A DNA stretch of 32,000 nt, taken from assembly GCA_022646745.1 (NCBI GenBank), contig CP060262.1, positions 3,810,001 through 3,842,000 of the forward strand, written 5' to 3'. Positions 1 to 9,030 of the stretch are shown here, one piece after another. The notes under the pieces are model-generated. The model did not search any database and was not told where the DNA came from. It saw only the letters and a program-made list of their open reading frames with translations. The position numbers and the translations under genes were made by a program. Each line of letters begins with the position of its first letter. Within the stretch, counting starts at the first letter, position 1. This DNA is from Planctomycetales bacterium (GTDB taxonomy: Bacteria > 4484-113 > JAFGCY01).

Positions 1-3000
1 GTGACGCTTTTGGCAATGGCCAGGAGATTGACCGCTCCCTGGATGGCAACTCCGAACCGGAGATGACCATCAACAACATCCAGATCCGATACCACAACGG
101 CTCCAGCTGGACTACGCAGGACACGATTACTCCGACATACACAAGCGATCTGATCACACGGCTTGATGTCAAGTACTGGAATGAATCCGGTTCGACCACC
201 AGTACTGCGTACAAGATCTATTACTCATACACCAGCATTGATTCAGCAGATCGTCTGACCAAAGTGGAGCCCAAGGATTCGTCAGACACGGCCCTCAACA
301 TGGAGGTAGAATACGACTACAACGCTTCCGACGGGCTGGAAATGACGAAGATCTACGACACAGAGGGTAGCAAGGCGGGAACGCCCTACTACTGGAGTGT
401 CAGCTATACCAGTGACAAGGTGACCAGCCTGGTTTTCCCGATTGAAAGTGGTACAACCGGCACCGTAGGCTTCGACTACTCACCGACTGCCCCTACCGGA
501 TGGCCCGGCAGCGGCGCGCTGACCGAAGTGACGGACGCCCGCAGCAACTCCTGGTGGTATGACCATGACACCAGTGGCCGTGTGACCTATCAGGCGGATC
601 CGCTGTGGACCCAGACCACGCATGAGAGCCACATCATCACAACCTGGGATTCTGACAACCAGGTAACCCAGGTGGACACGCCCAAGCCCAACAACCTGTC
701 GGGCAGGCTGACCACCAAGAACTTCTACAACTCTGACAAGAACCTGGAAGTGACCCAGGACCAGTATGGCTTCCTGAGCTTCTACAAGTACGGCACCCGG
801 GCCAGCTACGACACTTCTGGTACCGACGCTACGGTTGATGACATCATTGGCATCTTCACCCCGATGCCCAACCAGAAGGCATATGCGGATGGAGACTACA
901 CCTCCAGCGAAACTACCGCACCGTCCAGCCCGGACATCACGGATGTGAGCTGGGATAACACCAATGGCTACTGGTACTACACGGATGCGGCGGGTTCACC
1001 AAACACCATCAAGCTGGTTCGCACTGTCAATGATCCGACGTATGCTACAGGAACCGGCCAGCTGACCGAGATGTTGTCCTGTTCGCCGGAAAATTTTGGC
1101 GATGGTGGCAATCCGCCGACATATTCGCTGACAACATCATCTGCATGTAACAAACAGGAATATGCTTCTACGACTGGCGATCTGTCCAAGAGCTACACTC
1201 CCCGCCAGTTCCAGAATTCCAGCCTGAAGTGGACTGCCTTCACATATGACCAGCGCTACGGCGTGATGACTGAACAGGAGAATGCAGACAGCCTGGCCGC
1301 GACAGCGAATAAGAAAACCAAGTTCTATTACAACGACACCCGCACCAAGAGGACCAAAGTTGAGCTGCCTGAGGACAACACCAACCAGTGGACAGTCACA
1401 GTTTACGATGACCGCGAGTTCGTTGTCGGGACGCAGAAGCCGGACATTCAGAGCTGGAGCGTCAATCCCCAGGTAAATGTACTTGAGTATGACTACAACG
1501 GCAACCTGGAGAAGGTCTACCAGGCGGACCCGGCTGCGGTCGGCACCAGGTGGAATGGTAATACCGCAAATGGCTACTACCACCTGAACACCTTCTACTA
1601 TGACCGTATCAACCGGCAGATCCAGAGTGACACGCGCGTGGACTGGGACCAGGATGCCACGGTTGAGACCCTCTCCACGTACATGACCTATGACGAGAAT
1701 GGGAATCTGGAGCGCGTCAAGGGACCACAGTACGATGTCGGTGGAACCGGTTATTACAGTTACACGTTCAAGACATATGACAAATTGAACCGCATTGAGT
1801 TGTCATACCTGACCGAAGCTAGCACTAATTCCAACCTTACAACTCCTAGTGGTTCGTACTCCGAGAATACATATAGCGTTAGTGGAAATGTAGTTACCGT
1901 CACCGATCCACGTGGCAATGCAACCACTCTACTCAGTGATTTCCGAGGAGCCGGAGTACAGAACAGCAAGGCATACACACCCGGAGGTGGTGGATCTGCC
2001 ACTCAGACCACAAAGCAGCACTTTGGAGCTAACGGCCAACTGTATTGGATCCAGAATGGAGAGGGATACAAGATGTATCCCCAGTATGACGATAATGGCC
2101 GTCAGGTATACAACCGACGTGGATCTGACACTGGCGCCACCGATGAAATTGAGTACGATGCCAACAGTAACCGGCTGTACTTCTACACTTATCAGGATGT
2201 AGTAGACAGCAAGGTCTACCGCGAAAAGAGTGAATACGACCTGATGGACCGGATGGTTAACTCTGGTCGAGAGCAGTACACGGGAGGCAGCTGGCAGAAC
2301 TGGAACGAAAACACAGCCGATACCACCTTCAATTACAACGGCTGGCTGATAAAGACATACGAAAAAGTCAATTCAGGAAAGTATACCGAGCGCACATACG
2401 ATAACTGGGGGCAGAACCTGAAGGTCAAAGCACCAGAAGTTGCCCATCCGTCCGGTGTGGGCACCATCGTCTATGAAACCGAGAACACATATGACGTGCT
2501 GGGCCGCCGAGTCAGCATGGATGACCATATGGATAACACCACCAGTTACACCTTTGATGTACTAGGCAGGGTGATCGAGGTCACAGATGCGGAAAGTTAT
2601 GATGTAGACACAAAGTATGACGAGCGTGGACTCAAGGCCCAGGTGACCATGCCCGCTGGTGCGGTGTATAAGTACACCTATGACGCAATGCAGAGAATGA
2701 CTCTGCAGAGAGTGACTGCCAACAGCATTGATATTGATACTGATTACACCTACGACGCCAATGGCAATACCACCCAGGTTGACTACCCCGATGGTGGAGT
2801 TACCAAGAATACATATGACGCGCTGAACCGCACCACCAAGAGCGAGGTTCTGTTGTCCGGCATGGATTACCTGGCTACTGAAATGGAGTATGACGACAAT
2901 AACCGCGTCACTACTCGCACGGCTCCCGGTGGATATGACACAGTATATACATATGACAACCTGGGGAACGTTACCACCATCACAGACCCCAACAGCGATG

Positions 3001-5990
3001 ATACCGACTTTACATATGATGCAGACAACCGCATCCTGACCAAGTCGCCGCCAAATGGCCTTGTCGAAACCACCACCTACGACTGGAAGACGCGAGGCGT
3101 GGCAACTGTCACCAACAAGATGTCCGCTTCTTCCGGCGATGACATCACCACAACATATACAAGAGATGACAATGGGCAGGTTACCGGCACGGAAGATGGT
3201 CGAGGCAATGACTGGACCAAGACCTACGATGCCATGGGACGCAACCTGACACTGGTGACACCCAATCCCGGAAGTGGCTCATATACCTGGACCAAGACCT
3301 ACGACGGCAACAACAACATCATCAAGACCAACGATTTCAAGAGCACGGACCATTACTACGCATTTGACGGCCTGAACCGGATGACTGGCCATGGCGCCGA
3401 CAGCAATGCCGATGATGAAACATATACATATGCATGCTGCCGTGAAATGACTGCCTACACGGACAGCAATGGTACTGCCACTCTGGTGTATGACGATCTT
3501 AGCCGCTTGACGAGCAACACTGACAGCCAGGGCAACCAGGTGCAGTATTCCTACGATGCCATGAACCGGACTACAAGGGTCACAGGTCCGCAGGGCACAA
3601 ACTACCGCACAGACTACAGCTTCAACAAGAATGGTTCAACATCTCAAGTGGATGTGTATATCGCCGGTACTGCTGAGAGTTCCACCTATGCATATGACAC
3701 CACATCAGGCAAGGAGACATACAGACGGTTCCCGACCGTATCCAGTGCTTACATCCAGACCGCCAGCAGCTATGACAGCGCTGGTCGCTTGCAGTACGAA
3801 ACCGTCAGCAAGGAAACTGGTTCCACAACCAATATGTACCGGACTTCGTACAGCTACAGCTTTCTGACTTATGGCCGTCAGGTGGTACGTACTGAGCAGG
3901 AATACACCCTGGGGACCTGGCTTGACAAGAACCGCCTGACCTACAAGTGGAACACGCTTGGTTGGCAGACCTATGAGGAACGCGAAGATTATCACCTCGG
4001 TTCCTGGTCGAATCGGTATGACATTTCGCAGGAGTATGACAAGGATGGTAACCGAACCAGGTTCCACAGGAATGTTGCAAGCGGCTACACTTCCAGCTAC
4101 GGCAAGGCGATGGATCTGGGATACACTTTTGATGTACGCAACAACATGTCTGCCATTTCAGATGCGGATGATGCTAACTACGCAGCAGCCGTAACCACTG
4201 ATGCTAACATGAACATCACGGAGATTGACGAATCCTATGACAACGGCAATGGTGTCAATCACCTATATACACAGTTTGCGGTCGATGATTTAAATCGGGT
4301 AACTGAAAACAAGACAAAGAAGTATATTTCGTTGTCCGCCAAATGGCAGTGGACTAGGCGTCAGCATGGTTACAATGCTACCGGTAGCATTGTGAACACG
4401 AATATGAGTCAGTACTGGGATGGCGATACACCTCCTGCCGGTGACTCACTTCAACATATTTATGATCGGGGCCTGATGCTGCAGAACTACGACGGTAGCA
4501 GCACTTATGGCGACCAGTGGCGTTGGGCAGGAGCTCAGAATGCTCACAAGTCACCGCTGCATTCTCCTAACTCTGACACTGCCTCTCAGACTGGTTACAA
4601 CCTTGCCAATGACAAGACTCCTCAGCGCCGGACCTTCCTGAGCCCAACAACTGAAGGGGACCAGCGCAATCTTTACGGCCAAGGCAAGCCCCAGGCCAAG
4701 GATAGCTCAGGAAGTGGCGCTAACTGGTATGTCGGCACAACAAGTCAGCCGCAGACTGCACAGATGGCCAGCATCGAGAGCCGACTGTTCTTCGAGGGCA
4801 CAGTGACGGCAACCGACATGGACCGTGCCACAGACACTCGCGAGAAGGGCCGCCTCGGCATCACTGGCTCTGCGCAGTCCTATGGTGGAAGCAATGGTCG
4901 CGTCACATCAGAGGCAATCGGGCGGGACATCAACCCCCTGGGACGAGGTAATGGCTCTGCCTTGGTTGGTGGCATGATGAATATGGGTATGCTGGCACCT
5001 AGTCTGCCGGGTGGTCGTGGCGAAGTGAATCAGGGGAACAGTGTCAATAATCCTTGTTTTGGATGTTTAAGCGGAGGAGGTGGAACTGGTAATTCTGGGG
5101 GAACAATTCAAGGTGGTTCTTCGAATGATGATCAAACTACTCCACCACCTGGTGGAGTGTTGCTTGATCCAATTCTTATGTGGAACTTCGCATACAAAAC
5201 TCCTGAAAAGTGTAATATCTGGGTCAAACAGCGTCCTACTGTACCCATATTGCCATTTGGCTCAACGGTGTTTGGGTATAATACATTTGAACTCGGTGGA
5301 TTTGAAGTTATCGATAATAATACTGGCATTAGTTTTGATCCTAATGCAGGTGGAAGTTCCGGCAACTCAGGCGGTGGGTTATCCGGCGGAGGTGCTTCTG
5401 GAAATCCTGGAATGCCATCCGATATTCCCTGCAACCCTGTTGAAATGATAAAGAAAAATGCTTGCTTTGCAGCAGCATGGTATACACACAAATTCAAGGT
5501 CTTGGAACTTCGCGCACAAATCTACTGGTACATGGTCGAGCTCACTATAAAGAGATCTTTATTGCTAGCAGGATTATCTGCGGCACTATTGTCAATGTTT
5601 GGCACAGAGGATTTGTTTGATATTATCAGTGGCGGAATTTCAGATCAAGAAATAGAGGGAAACAATGATCCTTGGCTTTGGGATCTGTGGGAAATAATCC
5701 TAGGAGAATTCGAAGAAGTTGCAGACAAGTACACTGACATATTCTATGCATTGTGCATCATTGCGGCAAAAGTGGCAAGCGTTCAGTGGTTCTGGTGGAT
5801 ATCTCAGTGTGATTTATGGAATCTGTTGACACAGGCATGGAACGGCTGCTGCTTAGTGAGTCCTTGTTGTCAACCAAATGGTCTTTACAGGGACTGCAAT
5901 GCTTGTTATGGCCCCGATCCCTTCAACAGCATGAGGCGTTGGTGTGACAATGTATGGGGACCAATTAGAGACTGGGATTGGTTTGTATAG
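1..5990 (+). CDS. RHS/YD-repeat polymorphic toxin, 5'-partial (continues upstream of window)
   Basis: Many YD-repeat units are visible in the translation (YTYDANGN, YDALNRTT, YTYDNLGNVTTITDPN, FTYDADNRILT, YDAMGRNLT, YDDLSRLT). The frame has no stop between nt 3 and the listed ATG at 63 (DAFGNGQEIDRSLDGNSEPE precedes the Met), so the true N-terminus is outside the window. Confidence 0.9.
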   Translation, partial: DAFGNGQEIDRSLDGNSEPEMTINNIQIRYHNGSSWTTQDTITPTYTSDLITRLDVKYWNESGSTTSTAYKIYYSYTSIDSADRLTKVEPKDSSDTALNMEVEYDYNASDGLEMTKIYDTEGSKAGTPYYWSVSYTSDKVTSLVFPIESGTTGTVGFDYSPTAPTGWPGSGALTEVTDARSNSWWYDHDTSGRVTYQADPLWTQTTHESHIITTWDSDNQVTQVDTPKPNNLSGRLTTKNFYNSDKNLEVTQDQYGFLSFYKYGTRASYDTSGTDATVDDIIGIFTPMPNQKAYADGDYTSSETTAPSSPDITDVSWDNTNGYWYYTDAAGSPNTIKLVRTVNDPTYATGTGQLTEMLSCSPENFGDGGNPPTYSLTTSSACNKQEYASTTGDLSKSYTPRQFQNSSLKWTAFTYDQRYGVMTEQENADSLAATANKKTKFYYNDTRTKRTKVELPEDNTNQWTVTVYDDREFVVGTQKPDIQSWSVNPQVNVLEYDYNGNLEKVYQADPAAVGTRWNGNTANGYYHLNTFYYDRINRQIQSDTRVDWDQDATVETLSTYMTYDENGNLERVKGPQYDVGGTGYYSYTFKTYDKLNRIELSYLTEASTNSNLTTPSGSYSENTYSVSGNVVTVTDPRGNATTLLSDFRGAGVQNSKAYTPGGGGSATQTTKQHFGANGQLYWIQNGEGYKMYPQYDDNGRQVYNRRGSDTGATDEIEYDANSNRLYFYTYQDVVDSKVYREKSEYDLMDRMVNSGREQYTGGSWQNWNENTADTTFNYNGWLIKTYEKVNSGKYTERTYDNWGQNLKVKAPEVAHPSGVGTIVYETENTYDVLGRRVSMDDHMDNTTSYTFDVLGRVIEVTDAESYDVDTKYDERGLKAQVTMPAGAVYKYTYDAMQRMTLQRVTANSIDIDTDYTYDANGNTTQVDYPDGGVTKNTYDALNRTTKSEVLLSGMDYLATEMEYDDNNRVTTRTAPGGYDTVYTYDNLGNVTTITDPNSDDTDFTYDADNRILTKSPPNGLVETTTYDWKTRGVATVTNKMSASSGDDITTTYTRDDNGQVTGTEDGRGNDWTKTYDAMGRNLTLVTPNPGSGSYTWTKTYDGNNNIIKTNDFKSTDHYYAFDGLNRMTGHGADSNADDETYTYACCREMTAYTDSNGTATLVYDDLSRLTSNTDSQGNQVQYSYDAMNRTTRVTGPQGTNYRTDYSFNKNGSTSQVDVYIAGTAESSTYAYDTTSGKETYRRFPTVSSAYIQTASSYDSAGRLQYETVSKETGSTTNMYRTSYSYSFLTYGRQVVRTEQEYTLGTWLDKNRLTYKWNTLGWQTYEEREDYHLGSWSNRYDISQEYDKDGNRTRFHRNVASGYTSSYGKAMDLGYTFDVRNNMSAISDADDANYAAAVTTDANMNITEIDESYDNGNGVNHLYTQFAVDDLNRVTENKTKKYISLSAKWQWTRRQHGYNATGSIVNTNMSQYWDGDTPPAGDSLQHIYDRGLMLQNYDGSSTYGDQWRWAGAQNAHKSPLHSPNSDTASQTGYNLANDKTPQRRTFLSPTTEGDQRNLYGQGKPQAKDSSGSGANWYVGTTSQPQTAQMASIESRLFFEGTVTATDMDRATDTREKGRLGITGSAQSYGGSNGRVTSEAIGRDINPLGRGNGSALVGGMMNMGMLAPSLPGGRGEVNQGNSVNNPCFGCLSGGGGTGNSGGTIQGGSSNDDQTTPPPGGVLLDPILMWNFAYKTPEKCNIWVKQRPTVPILPFGSTVFGYNTFELGGFEVIDNNTGISFDPNAGGSSGNSGGGLSGGGASGNPGMPSDIPCNPVEMIKKNACFAAAWYTHKFKVLELRAQIYWYMVELTIKRSLLLAGLSAALLSMFGTEDLFDIISGGISDQEIEGNNDPWLWDLWEIILGEFEEVADKYTDIFYALCIIAAKVASVQWFWWISQCDLWNLLTQAWNGCCLVSPCCQPNGLYRDCNACYGPDPFNSMRRWCDNVWGPIRDWDWFV
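4951..5990 (+). other. C-terminal variable (putative toxin) cassette of the RHS protein
   Basis: It starts just after a degenerate RHS core-end-like motif (GRDINPLGRG, nt ~4921-4950). Composition turns A+T-rich from ~5040. Layout: two Gly/Ser/Asn linkers (GGGGTGNSGG; GGSSGNSGGGLSGGGASGNPG) flank a ~75-aa module, then hydrophobic helices (SLLLAGLSAALLSMFG; IFYALCIIAAKVASVQWFWWI) and a Cys/Trp-rich tail (CCLVSPCCQPNGLYRDCNACYG...RRWCDNVWGPIRDWDWFV). The boundary is approximate. Confidence 0.5.
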
Positions 5991-6240
5991 CAGCCTCAAC
6001 TTGGTCATTTCAACTGATTATTCTGGAGTTCTCGTGAACGAACATTCTAACAGTGATAAATATGAGTATTCTGATATTCTGGAACAGAACAGGTCATTAC
6101 TGGCCGAGAACAAAAGATTAAGAACAAGAATACTGATAATCTTAGTTATCTCCGTCATTGTAATTTTCATTGCCCCTATTGCAAGCAAAGTAATTCAGAA
6201 TATCGCTCTAGGCGAGATAAATCAATCGAATGATAAGTAG
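5944..6240 (+). CDS. small tail-anchored membrane protein, candidate cognate immunity protein
   Basis: ORF immediately downstream of, and overlapping, the RHS stop, in the same A+T-rich block. It has a short coiled segment (LEQNRSLLAENKRLRTR) followed by one clear TM helix (ILIILVISVIVIFIAPIA). GTG at 5944 and ATG at 5950 are both possible starts; no clear SD. The immunity role is inferred from position only. Confidence 0.4.
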   Translation: MTMYGDQLETGIGLYSSLNLVISTDYSGVLVNEHSNSDKYEYSDILEQNRSLLAENKRLRTRILIILVISVIVIFIAPIASKVIQNIALGEINQSNDK

Positions 6241-6340
6241 AATTGGTTTACTTGTGATTGTTTAAGACAACAACTCAAATGTCCGAAATTGGAATTCTGT
6301 ACTGGTTTCTTTCAAGGTTGGATATTAGCTCCACTCACGA

Positions 6341-7981
6341 TTAGTCTTTGTCAATAAAACCCAAGCCCTCTACTTCGGGAGGCAACTTACTAGCGTCCTT
6401 TCTCCCTTCCTTGACCCCTTCAAGATAATGATCGATGGAATCCATCAGGTTCTTCTTGCGTTTTTCCTGTTGATCCTTCAGTTCCACATGGGGACGATAT
6501 TCTTCGTTATAAGGGAAGTTCCTCTTGGGTGCTATCAGGTTGTCGTGTGTCTTGATTAGCTCAGGATGCTCCATTGCTCCCTTAACCATCAGATACGCCT
6601 TGCGTTGCTCCAGTCGAGCGAGACTGTGGAAAGCCACTTCCCACATCTCCGGTAGTGAGAACTTGTTCACCGGTTCCTGGAGCAAGCCTGCTTCACGCTG
6701 TTCCAGTTGCTTCACGATGTTGGAACTTTCCTTGGCTAGCCGTTCGGCATCCTGCCTTGCGACCCGGAAGTAAATCTGTGTTTGGCAGTTGCCAAGAATG
6801 AGAGCCAGCAGTTTGTCATCCAACTGCTTGAGAGACTGGTGCGCCATTGTCAGGCACAGGCCGAACTTTCTTGCTTCTGTAAGTACTGTTGCAAAACTTT
6901 CAGTGGCAATGTTCTGGAACTCGTCTGCATACAGGGCAAAGGGACGGCGAGAATCCATGCCACGGGTCAGGAAGCTGGATTCAATGTCAGCCATCAGCAT
7001 GGCTCCAAACAAGTCAGCACTTAGCCCTAATCTACCCTTGGCCAGATTGACCAGCAGGATTCCACCACTGTCCATAATCTCGCGGACGTTGAACCCACTT
7101 TCCACCTGCCCTAGCCTTGCCCCGATGCGAGGATCAGCCAGGAAGGCCGACACCTTGTTCAGGCTACTCTCAATGAACATCGTTCGTTCTTTGCTATTCC
7201 AGACGTTGTAACGGCCAAAGAAGAAGTCTTTGGTTGTATCAGTGCTGGTCTCGGCCAGCAGCATGTCTCGGAAGTCGGCATCTACAAGAACTTGCTCGAA
7301 TTGGTGCAGGGTCAGGTTGTGCTCGATGAGGAGCGCTAAGGTGTGTCGGAGAATATCTTCCATCCTTGCACCCCAGCTGTCTTCCCATACACGCTTGAAT
7401 GCCAACAATAGCCGAGCTACCTGTTCTGCAATCGGCACACCTTCCCGGCGCTGTAGCGGATTGTATGGAAGCATGTGCTCCATGTCCGCCAGGTCGAGGA
7501 GCACTGCCTGCTCCCGGCGCTCATTGAGGTGCGGGATACTGTCCGTGATGAGATCCCCGTGCGGGTCAATCACACAAAAGCCCATCCCGCTGGCAATGTC
7601 CTGAACGATAAAGTTTTTCAGTAGGGATGATTTGCCAGCACCGGAAGCACCGACCACGTACATGTGAGTGGAGCGAAAGTCGCCTGGGAGCATAAGGGTA
7701 TTGGCAAATCCAGAACTCTTGGTATCGCCAATTGCCAACGAATACTCGCCGTATAGTTCATCGGGAGTGTGGTTTTGTAGAATCCACAAAGCCTCTGCAT
7801 TGGCAGCATTGGCGAGATCCCGCACCTTGAGGAAGCCAGTGGTGTAATCCTCCATGTGATACATGAAGCCGGTCAGGGAGGCACGGATACCCCAGATGAT
7901 GCCAATGGCAACTGCAGTATATAGAAGATATACCAGCGTGCTAAGTACAAAATTCCAAAACAATCCGAACTGAGGAAACAT
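6341..7981 (-). CDS. type IV coupling protein-like P-loop ATPase (TraD/TraG/VirD4 / TrwB-type), N-terminal membrane anchor
   Basis: N-terminal hydrophobic segment FGLFWNFVLSTLVYLLYTAVAIGIIWGI. Walker A VVGASGAGKSS followed by CVIDPHGD. Walker B-like LYADEFQN and TMAHQSLKQL, a layout typical of T4CP/TraM-recognition-domain ATPases. ATG at 7981 is preceded by GGAGG; the listed ORF start at 8002 is a TTG. Confidence 0.75.
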   Translation of the reverse strand: MFPQFGLFWNFVLSTLVYLLYTAVAIGIIWGIRASLTGFMYHMEDYTTGFLKVRDLANAANAEALWILQNHTPDELYGEYSLAIGDTKSSGFANTLMLPGDFRSTHMYVVGASGAGKSSLLKNFIVQDIASGMGFCVIDPHGDLITDSIPHLNERREQAVLLDLADMEHMLPYNPLQRREGVPIAEQVARLLLAFKRVWEDSWGARMEDILRHTLALLIEHNLTLHQFEQVLVDADFRDMLLAETSTDTTKDFFFGRYNVWNSKERTMFIESSLNKVSAFLADPRIGARLGQVESGFNVREIMDSGGILLVNLAKGRLGLSADLFGAMLMADIESSFLTRGMDSRRPFALYADEFQNIATESFATVLTEARKFGLCLTMAHQSLKQLDDKLLALILGNCQTQIYFRVARQDAERLAKESSNIVKQLEQREAGLLQEPVNKFSLPEMWEVAFHSLARLEQRKAYLMVKGAMEHPELIKTHDNLIAPKRNFPYNEEYRPHVELKDQQEKRKKNLMDSIDHYLEGVKEGRKDASKLPPEVEGLGFIDKD

Positions 7982-8048
7982 AGAGGTTCTTCCTCCAATC
8001 AAACTGCAAGATAAGATTCCCGTGCGGAAATCTGTCCGATAACTCCGT

Positions 8049-8276
8049 CTACTTGGAGTCTACTGGCGAAACTCCCCTCAATAGTTCCGAGGGGCGGCAC
8101 TCAAGAGCGCCGGCTAACTTACAAATCGTCAACAGCGTGACATTGTATTTGCCAAGCTCAACGTCCGTGACATACGTGCGATTCAGACCCGACCGGAGAG
8201 CAAGTTCCTCCTGAGAGATACCGAGCTTCTGTCTGCGCCTTCTCACGTTCTGACCAAGGGTCTTGCTCTGCTGCAT
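8049..8276 (-). CDS. XRE-family helix-turn-helix transcriptional regulator
   Basis: Classic HTH_3 sequence LGQNVRRRRQKLGISQEELALRSGLNRTYVTDVELGKYNVTLLTICKLAGAL. I prefer the ATG at 8276 (MQQSKTLGQN...) over the TTG at 8354 listed in the ORF track. Confidence 0.8.
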   Translation of the reverse strand: MQQSKTLGQNVRRRRQKLGISQEELALRSGLNRTYVTDVELGKYNVTLLTICKLAGALECRPSELLRGVSPVDSK

Positions 8277-8324
8277 TCTGGGAAATTGAGCGTATATACT
8301 TGCAATCCACCAGTCCACCGGGTA

Positions 8325-8354
8325 TAACTGACAAACGTCGGATTTAACTGACAA
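8325..8354. promoter_or_regulatory. direct repeat TAACTGACAA x2 (20-bp phasing) in divergent intergenic region; candidate XRE operator
   Basis: TAACTGACAA occurs at 8325-8334 and again at 8345-8354, between the divergent XRE gene and the 8374 gene. Operator function is inferred. Confidence 0.3.
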
Positions 8355-8373
8355 TCAATGTGGGAGGCAGTGG

Positions 8374-8886
8374 ATGAAGTGCCACACTCATAACTTCGAA
8401 GATGCGGTGGCTACTTGCTCAAGCGGATGTGGACGGGGGCTATGCCAGGAATGCGCGACTATGCGCAACCCACCCACCTGCCGCATCTGCACCGAGGCGA
8501 TGCTGGATCATCATCTGTATGACCAGCTGTACGAGATTGCAGAAATCAAGAGAGCGATGGTCATCAATGCGATCATTCTCGCATCGGCAATACTGGGCAC
8601 AATATTCTCTTATTACATCAATGCCAGCGGCAATCAGGACAACGGCGGCCTACTGATCCTCAGCCTGCTGACCTACATTCCCTGCATCTACTGGGGCTGG
8701 AATACGTTCAAGGGATTGATTGACAAGGCACAGGACGCATCCGGTTGCCTGTTCATATTCAATATGCAGGGAGGATGCGTGATGTTCTTCTTTGGGGCAA
8801 TCATCTGCGCTGGATTTGCTCCCATTGTGATTCCATTCCAGCTCTTCAAGCAGTGGCAAGAGCTAAGGGAGTTGCAAGGCTATTAG
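8374..8886 (+). CDS. membrane protein with N-terminal Cys-rich zinc-ribbon/B-box-like motif, function unknown
   Basis: GGGAGG lies 7 nt upstream of the ATG. N-terminus CHTH...CSSGCGRGLCQECA...CRIC, followed by several hydrophobic helices (VINAIILASAILGTIFSYYI; LLILSLLTYIPCIYWGW; VMFFFGAIICAGFAPIVIPF). Confidence 0.6.
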   Translation: MKCHTHNFEDAVATCSSGCGRGLCQECATMRNPPTCRICTEAMLDHHLYDQLYEIAEIKRAMVINAIILASAILGTIFSYYINASGNQDNGGLLILSLLTYIPCIYWGWNTFKGLIDKAQDASGCLFIFNMQGGCVMFFFGAIICAGFAPIVIPFQLFKQWQELRELQGY

Positions 8887-8892
8887 AAAAAT

Positions 8893-8915
8893 GGCGGTCA
8901 CTGGGAATGACCGCC
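8893..8915 (+). terminator. hairpin after the 8374-8886 gene (possible terminator)
   Basis: GGCGGTCA-ctgggaa-TGACCGCC, an 8-bp stem; there is no clear U-tract after it. Confidence 0.3.
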
Positions 8916-9030
8916 GTAAAAGGACATACCTGCAAATATCTCGGAGGGGAGCAGGCAGGCTGAGCATACGCCTCAGCCATGGCCGGTGCAAGAGTTTTTT
9001 GCGTCGGTACACCTGTACTAGGAGAATAGT

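Noticed and set aside
5080-5497. Nested ORFs 5080-5448 (+) and 5132-5497 (-) inside the RHS C-terminal region
   Set aside because: They lie entirely within the continuous RHS reading frame. The Gly-codon-rich linkers generate open alternative frames, and there is no independent start context.
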